A stretch of 63,897 bases of DNA from Albugo candida (lineage: Eukaryota), in assembly GCA_040437565.1 (NCBI GenBank), contig JBDOQK010000021.1:124074-187970 (forward strand). The letters run 5' to 3'. The notes beneath the pieces were generated by a model. The model was not told where the DNA came from. It did no database searches and saw only the letters and a program-made list of their open reading frames with translations. Below are positions 39,234 through 50,587 of this stretch, piece by piece (within the stretch, counting starts at the first letter, position 1; each line of letters starts with the position of its first letter). Made by a program: the position numbers and the translations under genes.

Positions 39234-40582
39234 CAAATCTATAATGGATCCTTCAGAGGGATAGGCCATCTGATAAGCTTTTTCAATATCAAATCTTCTT
39301 TTCTCATCACAAAATGGTCTCATTTCCCCTTCGTACCAATACTATACTTCCAAACTCAGTTTCTCTTGCAGACTGATAGCTGAAGCCAAAAAAGCTCACA
39401 AGGGAAATTGTTTCGCAGTAATGTTCTATTTCCTATTGATGTAGTAAATCCTTTTTGGCCAGGATTGTGATCAGTGCTCATTATAACCGATAAAATCGAT
39501 GCGATCTCATGAAAGCTTGAATTAGATGATGATGCGTACTACAGAACATGACTGAAGCATTAGGGTCGACAACAGAGCTGGATGTATTGGAAGGGAGACC
39601 AGCTAACTGAGCTTGAATCATGAGTCTGATAACGGTTTCGCTCTTTGTGCGGAACAGACCAGTAGGCACATACTTTGAACAAGTGTACGGGGCAAATGGT
39701 TCTGTGCGCACCAACAAGGCTTCTCTGTATGGCATAGTAAGGCACTATACGCATCCTAGTATGCCGTATATATAGCTCCGGGTTGGTGTCAAAGTGTTAT
39801 GGTTGTCAAATGGAATCTGTTTAACTCAATAAGGCCAATGATATAGAATCAAGTATAATGGAAAGAAGCTAGTGTATTTTATACAAATCAGATCCGTGCC
39901 AACGATAGTGGGTGGGGAGGTCAAAATCCGCACGTGTCGATAATGATGCACGGAGATATTGGATCTCGAACCTTGTTTTGGCACAAATTGTGATAATTTA
40001 GACGCCCGTGACGATATTCAACACTAAGCGAAGTCTGTCTAATACAAAGCAGGTACATCTTGCCTTCACTGCACATATCCCAATGATGACTAAACATGTC
40101 TTTCAAATCCATCAAAATCGCAAAAATTCCGTACTTACTACCGGAATTTGAAGTCCAGAGTGTGAATCGATAACCATATATCTTGTTGGCAGGCCATATA
40201 ATAAATCACATTGTTGTGAATTGCAAGGAAACTCGAGCAAAATACTAGCAAGCCAGATTTTGAGACCAATGACATTTTTCCCATGCAAAAATAGTTGGTT
40301 ACGCATGCAGATATCTATATCATAGTGAATTTGATCTACGTGGTGCCACTAAATTAATGTTCATATGCTCCGATCCCATGAAGTGTCGCAACGGTACGTT
40401 CACGCTCTATTAGCCTCCATTTCCAAGTATGGCTTGGTCGTCTTGGATTACTAGAGATATATTTGGGACAACGGATGATATATTAGAAAGGAATCTGCCG
40501 CTGAGAACGATACACGGTGTGGAGTGACTTCAAAGCCGGAAAAATTGTAAACGTAAGAAAAATAATTTGTGATAATTTGTTT

Positions 40583-41695
40583 GGGAATTCCTAAACTCAC
40601 CCGATCCATTTTTCTAGCCAATCATATTCCATCATTTCAGCCAATCAATTTTGACTGATCTGATTAAAGTGGACCTTGATGCAGGACGCAAGCTGCAACT
40701 CGTGGCATTATGTCCTGTTGCTTGACATATAAGGCCTCTGGGAAGGCGTCGGGTTTGTGGAATAGAGATCCGAGTTTGATTTTCTGCCTGGACATATTTA
40801 AATCTGAAGTATTTCTTTGTGCTGAATGATTGCGTGAACCTGATGGCCTGCCTTTTGCGCTGATTGTCGGATGATCTTTAATTGTTTTGTTTGTGTTTAA
40901 TTGTTAGCGAATTGAATTGTAAATAAGATATTGCCAATGAGATAGCTCCAAAGCTAGCAAGTCAAAACTTTTCTGTCTTTTTGACTAAAGTTGTAGATTG
41001 GCAATGATAGGTTGATGGGGGTTTCCTGCTCGAGCCAACATTGTGAGTCAACATCTTCTTTTGCAAGTGGCGTGTTGTGTTGGATTAGCTGATTGGATTT
41101 ATGTTCACATGGTATGCCTAGGGTCTCCTGATGTACAGCGGTTCAAGTGATCCTTGGTAATTCGCTATTTGCGGGTATAATCAATGCCTGCTTTGATATC
41201 TCTCGTCGACTACATGCCACATTGGGTTACCAAATGTTATTGTCTCTACGCAGATGGATTCTATTGCATTGTTAATCTAAGGTTTTTTCAATTGATTTGC
41301 ACAAGAAAGCCTGATCCTATTGTAAATAGACAGCAAATCCCTTGGAGTTTTTACCAATGTATTTTTTAATGTTACATACATGCATCCCTTCAAACAAATG
41401 CTACCACTATTGGCAACCGCACAAAGGTCGCACACAAAGACTTCTTGTTTAAACGGTATATTGGGGACTCATCTTATGTCTCTCTACGACCTTTCACTGC
41501 CTACGACTCTTCACGAGATGGTGATCTTCCACCAGTGGAGATCTTCAACCTATTGTCGCTGTAAACTCAGTGTATCCGGTTGGCTAAAAGTATCAAATAT
41601 GGTCTGCTAAAATGATATAATATGATTGGCTAACAAATGGAAACAAATGGAAGGGGTGAGTTTACGAAAAAGCGAGAGTCAGTTTAGGAATTCCC
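40583..41695. mobile_element. Non-autonomous TIR DNA transposon with 8-bp TSD (Merlin- or hAT-like)
   Basis: Perfect 15-bp TIR GGGAATTCCTAAACT / AGTTTAGGAATTCCC, imperfect subterminal inverted repeat (AAACTCACCC..TCCATTT..TAGCCAATCATATT), flanked by ATTTGTTT at 40575-40582 and 41696-41703. Confidence 0.8.
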
Positions 41696-42445
41696 ATTTG
41701 TTTCCCATTTACCGTTTCAAAAGGAAAAGGCCCCCCACCAAGATATTTAAAAAATTGTCTCACAACTTGCATCATTCAATCATGCGCACTTTTATATCTC
41801 TTTTTGATGTGGGAGCTATCCAATTCCAACCTAAAGAATCGCTTCGAGCTATTGATTTACCAGACTGACGCTTTATTACGTGGTTGTGGCCACAGTTCGA
41901 CAACGAAACGTTCGTTTCCAACCGCGAAGTGATTTTGCGCAATGTTTTGTATAATTCCTCCATGATCAAAGCGTTCTTCTACGCTGATAGCGATGGAACA
42001 CAGCAAGGGATCACAATGTCCTATTCGGGCTTGACATTAGATTAAAAAGCTCAATATATATCCACTTGAGTTAGCAATACTGGAGTGAGTGTGTCTCCAA
42101 TTTCTTCAGCAAGAAGTAAGTAGCGAGGGAACGACCTGAATTTTTGGATGGTTTACTGCTATACAGCCAACAAAAAGAGCACTCCTCCTACTTGGCAAAA
42201 AATTCAAAAGCTTGCTAAAAAACACAATAGTACACGGCTTCGTATGGCACGCAATAGTAGTACGCCTACATACGAACTGATCAGACTGCATCCCGTTTCG
42301 ATACAAACGCATGAAGAAGATACTAGTGCGGTTCAAATATGTTACAAGGACGACTGGATGCGAAGAATGGGTAGCTTCTGAGTACTTACATCAACTTCAA
42401 CAAAATTCAGTTTGCTTCCCAATCCCAGCAGCTAGTAGCTTGATC

Positions 42446-42900
42446 ATGGTCTCTTTACCTTTGTTGCTGCCGTAAGGGGTCTTATACTATGCAATGCAGA
42501 CTTTACGATACGATATCATGAAGTTAAGAAATACACTTATTTCTCTGATAGACTCATTCATCTTGCTAGTCGACCAATTCGAATGAAAATAGGCGCTAAT
42601 GTACTGACGTCATCGGCATTATTAATGGCAACTGTTGAAGCGCAATACTCTAGAAAAAGACTCATCCGAATAGAGGCTGGGCCTGTATCGGCAAGGCATC
42701 TTTCATGACATGACCATGTACTTATCGGCAGTGGGGAAATTGCGATCGAGTTTAGAATTGAGATGCTAGACTATATGAAAAATCTACAAATACTTCATCT
42801 GTGAATTAGGAACAGAACGGTGGCACGTATATACAACTGGTACAAAGTACTTTTGACAATAATCGAGCTGTTTATATGAGCCACAGAAGATTTATATGCT
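42446..42900 (+). pseudogene. Decayed paralog of the secreted family
   Basis: Upstream gactggatgcgaag and ttcagtttgcttcc; ATGGTCTCT start, frameshift to FTFVAAVRGLILCNADFTIRYHEVKK; DNA homologous to the 27137 copy. End coordinate approximate. Confidence 0.6.
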
Positions 42901-45270
42901 GCGAGGAAAAATCCGATCTCTACTTACACAAGACAGTCTCAGACCAACCTTAGAATAACCGAAGAACAACGTTTCAATGTAAATAAAGATAGAAAGTGTA
43001 GGGTAAGTTTACCGCGATAGGCGCTATCGAAGCACGCCAATAGTGCGTTAATGAGATCAGCCAAACGGTGATTTCACGACGAATGAGATTTTGTATCTTA
43101 GCATCAATTTACCTTGAAACCAACGACATCCGATCACGATTGGCAAAAGCTCGCAAGATTGTCTTCTTCACGCTCTATTGCACACATGCTACTGAACAGC
43201 GAAAGAAAAAACTCCAAATGTTCAGCTTATCTGAACACTTTTCCAAGTGCTCAAGCGTAGGAAATATCATCGTTGGAGATGACTGCGTTCCAAACTATTA
43301 ATCGAATCAAACTTCAGGCCTCTTGTGCCCATCTCTTTGAATTTTTATCACACCAACGCATGCGACACCGTCATATATCCATCATGCAGTCTTCTTGACC
43401 TCTTTCATACACACGCATGAACAAGAACAGTTTATGTCTGCAGCAGAGACGTCACCGGCATATATGAAAAGGCCGGTCACTCCTGCTAAACTGGTCATAA
43501 GGACTTGCATTGATGCAGATACGAAAATACAAGAAGAAAAGAATAAGCGATATGAAGAAAGGGCTGATATCTTGAAAATAAAGCTGCATCGTACTCCCAA
43601 AAAAGATTCTGAATTTCTTATTTCTTCGTAATCAGCACAAGCAAAAGATCATACCTATGAATAGAACTACATGAACACGAACGTCACTATGCACCTACAT
43701 TGAACCACCAAATATAATTGATCTGGCAGGAGGTCTGGTTGGTCGAACGTTCCATCAAATGAATCGAGATGCATATTTCGAATGCAAAGTCTTCATCGGT
43801 ATCGTCGTTTACTTTTAGTTCTCACCTTGATCACCGGACCGCTATTTGTCAGGACTTTTGCCTTGTCATGAGATAATGCGAAAATGCTGACTTGAAGATT
43901 CCTGGAGATGAACCATTTAGACTGGAACGGCACGCATCCTACCGCTCTGGGAAGGTTGAGTTCCGCTTCATCTCACCGAAATTTTGGTCGATTCAAGTCT
44001 GGTCGATTACAGGTTGTTTCGTTTCATCCAGCTGATCGCGAATATTCAATTACGTCCTTGCTTGCGACCATACTAACGCACGTTTACATTAGAGCATATT
44101 AGAGCTTCTTCATCATTACGTATCCTCACAAAGAAACAAAAGGCAATCTTCGTTCTCCGTTGTAATTCCTTTCCGAATACGATACGTGTAGTACTGTGTC
44201 TTCCGCTCTTTAGGTGACTTAATGGGAAACTCTGCTCTGAGTGTGCCATGTACATGAAGTCTCATTACCTTCCGAATAGCTCATAACGACACATAAAAGT
44301 GGGACCATTCTCCATAGACAACGATGGCTTCTCGAGACCAAGAGAAGGCACAATGGAAGACGTCCTTCACGTTTAGAGCCACCTTTTACTCGACCATATG
44401 CACTATCGGAAGTCGTACTGTAGTCACCGCTCCAATTCTTTGCATTTTTGCCAAATGATTATCTGTATGTGAAATCAAAAAGCATACGGACTAAAATTCT
44501 TCATTTCACAAGTGTTCAAAGAAGTGTGAGTGGTTGATGACAGCAATCGCTATCTTGAGCGCTCTCAGAGCAGTTTCAATCTCCAATATGGCAAAGCAAA
44601 AGGTATTGAGCCAACTCGAAGGGCAACCCACACTTATTTGCAAGTTCCGTGAAACTATTACAACATCTTTCGATCACTTTCCAGACAGTTTATAAATCTG
44701 AAACTAAGACTTTATGCGAAAATTCATTGATGTACATTACAATCTTATCGGAACTGTCAAGCTCCACGCAAGATATTCCTCACATTATTCCGGTACATGA
44801 TTTTCATAGCTTTATCCAGTACCTTGAGTGCCATACGCTCGACAAGGTGACACACCTCCGCTCAACTTTCACGCATAGGCCAATACATGAAGGACTTGGT
44901 TGTAGCCCCCGGTTGCGATTCCATCGGCTGATGACAAATATTCTTTGAGAAACGGTATCTTCCTCTCATGTTATAGGGATGCAGTCTTAAAGGTTGTCTA
45001 TAACTGGCGCTCGATAGGAAATCAGCATACTCGCGCAGAATGGCACCCTAAACTTCCGACGTATACTAGGGTACGAATACATATGGCGTATGTAATGATG
45101 CCCTAACCCGAACAAGCGTAATAGGAGGAATTGGCCTTTTAATAAAGCAAGGGCAGATGGATGCAAAGGACATGCATTCCCACACCCTGTATCAAAAAGC
45201 CATTTGAGTACATCAGTTAGCTTCACAACTCAATTTGCTTTCAACAACCCAGTAGCGACCAACTAAATCC

Positions 45271-45807
45271 ATGTTATCTTTCAACTTGGCAGCTGCCGTT
45301 TTCGGTCTATTGACTTTAGGAAATGCGGAGGTTGCAATACGAGGATCAAATTCTGGAAGAAGACCTGGTATTTAATTTATAGCGAATAGAAAAGACTCGT
45401 GCTCAAAAGGAAACGTCGAAACGCAAACATACTTACTACAATGCGAGGGCACAGCCAAAGTCACAGCCAAAAGACAAAACTGCGAAGAAACCCGCATTAG
45501 AATCCTCCGCGAAATACTTATTTACCTTTTTCAGACGAATGCGCAACGACCCACAATCGAGGATGTCGTACAGTCGAAGCCATCGGTTATCAGTTCAGCA
45601 GTATCCAGATTGTTCGAAGGTTGGTACGATTATGATGATGCGGAGGCTAAAAAATTTAATTCAGTCGTTTATAATATGATGGTAAGCGCACTGCCCGAGT
45701 TGAAAGATTATGAAACACTGTACAAAGGTCTAAATGTACATATCGCCCATCCCAAGTTTCTCTATGAACTTGCTCGTTTTGTCTTGCACGGTTGCCCGAG
45801 TTCCTAG
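45271..45807 (+). pseudogene. Family paralog D, complete except for one in-frame TAA at 45373-45375
   Basis: MLSFNLAAAVFGLLTLGNAEVAIRGS...GI*FIANRKDSC-x13-C-x12-C...LFEGWY...HPKFLYELARFVLHGC; same length as paralog B; family promoter intact. Confidence 0.85.
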
Positions 45808-48800
45808 AAAGTTTCGTAAGTTCTTGAACGAGCGATCGTTCGCCCGATAAGATTTGCATCAATACATTTACTCGTTGTCACAATATGTCTCGTTTTTCTC
45901 ATTGTAAGCATTTAACTTTCAAATTTCGGAGATTTAGCCGACACATACTTGACACCAGCAAGACGTCAGAGTGATGCAGCCTTGTAATTGTAAGGTCTAT
46001 CTTTGATGTTATGCGAAGCTAAAAGGGTTATGCCTGCGATTGTGGTCACTCTTGAAAACCGATGGAAATAGTTGTGAGATCACAACCTCAAAAGAGGTGA
46101 CACAAAAGACCATTTAGAGAACTAATTGCTTTTACGCAATTGTAGCTTCGTCGTGAGCGGTTGGTACTGACAACCAATCAAACTTGTACCAATTCTTGCG
46201 AGAGCAGCCTAATAGGCACACCAACAAGGTATGAGACCGCATACCTCAATACCCTGTTGTCTTCGGGTGTAATCTCGCGATCTTAGTTCAAATGAGGTAG
46301 GACTTGAAAGTATTGGAAACAAGCTGCTGTATCTTGTATCAATCAAATACATCAGTTCCGTAATGGTGAATCTATATTGAACTTAAACAGTACCTCGAAT
46401 TATCCAATTGCTTTGATCGATTTGCAAATCGGTCTTAATGTCGCGCGATAAATTGATCAAGCATGTCAACAATGACAGGTTGAAAAGCCGAAATCCGCAC
46501 GTGACGACAGTCATGCGAAATTTTTATTTGTTCTCAAAGATGCCATTTGACAGACGAAAGTTGTCTTTTGGACGACGAGGGCGACTTCAACACTGAGCGA
46601 GATTCGCATATTACACAAACCAGGTTCACTTTGGCTGGATACAGGTCAAACTCCCACTGATAATTGGATGAATATCTCAATCTGAATAAAATCACGTAAA
46701 CGTCGTAGTTCTCACCGGACTCGGATCAGATCGCTCATTGCTGAGGTCAGAGTGCGTCATACTGCAATGGCTAGCGTTCGCAACAGACATCCATCTAAAT
46801 GCCTGTGTTTTCGTGAATACTATCTGATTGATTTCTCGGATGTCGCTTGCCATAATGGACGATTTCCAATAATTCAGTTCACATCTATCGCTCTAAATGG
46901 AATGAGACCTCCGGTGAAATGCCTTTTAATCAAATTATACTCTGCATACGCACTCAAAAAGGTATGAGTAACAGCTTACAGATCGGACTTACATAATNNN
47001 NNNNNNNNNNNNNNNNNNNNNNNNNNNNNNNNNNNNNNNNNNNNNNNNNNNNNNNNNNNNNNNNNNNNNNNNNNNNNNNNNNNNNNNNNNNNNNNNNACA
47101 CCAACAAGGTATGAGACCGCATACCTCAATACCCTGTTGTCTTCGGGTGTAATCTCGCGATCTTAGTTCAAATGAGGTAGGACTTGAAAGTATTGGAAAC
47201 AAGCTGCTGTATCTTGTATCAATCAAATACATCAGTTCCGTAATGGTGAATCTATATTGAACTTAAACAGTACCTCGAATTATCCAATTGCTTTGATCGA
47301 TTTGCAAATCGGTCTTAATGTCGCGCGATAAATTGATCAAGCATGTCAACAATGACAGGTTGAAAAGCCGAAATCCGCACGTGACGACAGTCATGCGAAA
47401 TTTTTATTTGTTCTCAAAGATGCCATTTGACAGACGAAAGTTGTCTTTTGGACGACGAGGGCGACTTCAACACTGAGCGAGATTCGCATATTACACAAAC
47501 CAGGTTCACTTTGGCTGGATACAGGTCAAACTCCCACTGATAATTGGATGAATATCTCAATCTGAATAAAATCACGTAAACGTCGTAGTTCTCACCGGAC
47601 TCGGATCAGATCGCTCATTGCTGAGGTCAGAGTGCGTCATACTGCAATGGCTAGCGTTCGCAACAGACATCCATCTAAATGCCTGTGTTTTCGTGAATAC
47701 TATCTGATTGATTTCTCGGATGTCGCTTGCCATAATGGACGATTTCCAATAATTCAGTTCACATCTATCGCTCTAAATGGAATGAGACCTCCGGTGAAAT
47801 GCCTTTTAATCAAATTATACTCTGCATACGCACTCAAAAAGGTATGAGTAACAGCTTACAGATCGGACTTACATAATAAAGAAATTGTATCTGGACTGAA
47901 GAGAGAATGAGAGTATCCCAAACAAGCTTCGTGAACTTTTGATCGCGAAGGCAGCACATGGATGTGACTATGAAAAGGATGATATGAAGTCCTTCTCACG
48001 GAACTTAAGACTCTAGAGATCGTTGGGTATACTGTTACTCCGTTCTTCGTGATCTACATCTACACTAAACCTTGCACAGCGTATGATAGATCTGGAATGA
48101 GGTCTGAGTCGTCCAGCATTTCACCAAATTCAGTGAAGATTTATAAATTCGTGTGCTTGGAAGGTAGATATCCCACAGGCTCAGAGATAGAATAGTTGAG
48201 ACTCCATCCGAGCATAATATTTGGTTGTTTCAAGTGAGTGCGTTCCCTTCTTTTTTCGTTGATTCAATCACGTCCTCCGCCTGAACGCTCTGACAATCAC
48301 TTTCCATTGCGCATTCTCAGCGCTATAATATCCAATCAGCAGCGATGTAGTCTAATTTCAGCAAGTAGTAATCATTATACTTGTGATTGGATATAATCTC
48401 AAAGTGAACCAATCACANNNNNNNNNNNNNNNNNNNNNNNNNNNNNNNNNNNNNNNNNNNNNNNNNNNNNNNNNNNNNNNNNNNNNNNNNNNNNNNNNNN
48501 NNNNNNNNNNNNNNNNNGGATATAATCTCAAAGTGAACCAATCACATCTCTGCATGCATTTCCTTCTGTTGCGCGCATACTTCCGGACAAGTAATTGCAG
48601 AGATGCATGAGCGGGTGAGATTACAGGTCGATGTCCCGTCGTAAAGAAAACTGCGAGCATGAGGAAACACGGTAGCTTGCTATTGAGCGTAAAATCGACC
48701 ACGTAATGAGGTACCATCAACTACTATGGCTATCGAAACACTTCCTGGACAAGGCGATGATGACATAAATGCACGTGGATACCGCACTTAGTACTAAATT

Positions 48801-50056
48801 GTTGGTACACGTTAAAACATCGAACTAGTGGCTATAGTTGTCAATGGACGGGTGGGTGGAAGAGTCAACTTCACGTTCACGTCCATGTTTGCATCTGTGT
48901 CAAAGCTCGTAATTCAATTTGATTTGAAGTGGAATGCTTTGATTTTGCTCAAAGGATACGTCAGATCATTCGAGAACCCGTAAACTTCCAACTTGAGCTC
49001 ATGTCAATATTTGATCACATGTGAGAGACCCCAAGATCAAGTCATCACACTCGGTTGTCGACAAAAGCTTTCCGGTTGATGAAAGTGTGCATGCTGTATG
49101 ACCAGTACTCGCTGCTCGGAGAGCTGGACGATTCTCTTTAAAGCAAATGAAGCAGGCGATAATGTATTTTTAAAATTCCATGGCTATACAGTACGAAGTA
49201 CCATCGTTCGTTGTGGCGCTCAATAGATTTGAGATACGAATCAATACGGAACTACTGGAAGACGGCTGTACTAAATCAGTTGATGCTGGAATGGGAAGAC
49301 GACAATAAAACCAACTCCGACCTTCCACCGCTCATTACCGTTCCATCGATGTGATTCATCAATATCAGAATGTAAATAAAAATTGTGAGCATCCCGCTTG
49401 AAACTTTCTCCTGAAGCACTGGCTAAATGTCGGTATCTGCAGCTTCAACAGAAATTCCAACGTTAAAGCCGTCTTTTACAACAAAAGTATCAATCAGTGT
49501 TTTCTGACATAAATATTTTGATGGTAGACGGATACAAAATAAGTACTTCGCATCGACAATTGCTGGAAATACAGCCATCATCGCAATCGATCAAATGAGT
49601 TGCAGTCGACGCTACTTATGCCATGTCCTATAATCAAATCCCCACTATGAGTACACGTTATAGCGCGCTATAGGTGGAAGTGTATTTCCGCGCTCTGAAT
49701 TACTTCCTGCGTGACAGTACTTTGGCTCTTGCAATTTCTCACCCGAGCTGGTCGTATACGAAGACATATAATTTATGGAACGGTGTGGGGAAGATAGAGC
49801 ATGCCGTCGAGTCTATACAGGGATCCCAGGAAGCAAAAACGAGTCATAAATGTCTACTTTCTATACTGCTCTATACAAGATACAGAGAGGTAAAGGCGAA
49901 TTGCTTTCAAGTAGAAGAATACACGTCTGATGACTATACCAGTGGCTGGATGCAAAGGATATGCAATTTCTCGCACTTGATAGTGATTTTGTACACCATG
50001 AGTTCTAATAACAATTCTTTTTTCTATCCGACTCCCATTACCCAACAGCTTGACTC

Positions 50057-50587
50057 ATGGTCTCTCGCAATTGTGTACTTGTCGTACTCGGTCTTTGCAG
50101 TTATGCAAATGCTAATGTCTCATCACGATATCTTAAATCAGAAGCTCAGAAAGTGAGACAGAATGGAATCAAATATATCTTCAACCCTGGCGACTGCCCC
50201 AATAACTTAAGGAGATATAAAAGTCAGTTATGCGCATCCACGTACACCAAAGTTTGTTCCGATGCCGTCGACTACTCCATCAAAAGAATACAAAACAATT
50301 TCTTTGATCTTTTGGATACGGAGTTGAATGTGCAAAAAATTGGAGAAAGCATGAGGACTATATTCTCAGGCTTTCCCGACAATCCGACTCCGGATTCAAT
50401 TAATTTGTACGTTGAACGAGTCAACAGGACGATACAAAGACAAGTAGCTAAATATGCAAAGCATCTTGACAAGTGGGATGATTCTGCTTTCAGGAACTAT
50501 GGCGGTCCCTATTACCATTTTATCAATAGATTCGCAGAATTTATTGTCTTGCGTTGCATCCATCACCTCGATAGAAAACATTTTTAG
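50057..50587 (+). CDS. Secreted Cys-scaffold protein, family paralog E (candidate effector)
   Basis: 176 aa; signal peptide ending ANA; SSRYLKSE; C-x11-C-x7-C; IFSGFP; FAEFIVLRC; gctggatgcaaagg box upstream. Confidence 0.85.
   Translation: MVSRNCVLVVLGLCSYANANVSSRYLKSEAQKVRQNGIKYIFNPGDCPNNLRRYKSQLCASTYTKVCSDAVDYSIKRIQNNFFDLLDTELNVQKIGESMRTIFSGFPDNPTPDSINLYVERVNRTIQRQVAKYAKHLDKWDDSAFRNYGGPYYHFINRFAEFIVLRCIHHLDRKHF

Noticed and set aside
46217-47877. Apparent 780-bp exact tandem duplication (identical 71-aa ORFs at 46752 and 47632)
   Set aside because: Copies directly flank a 100-N gap; typical unmerged contig overlap.
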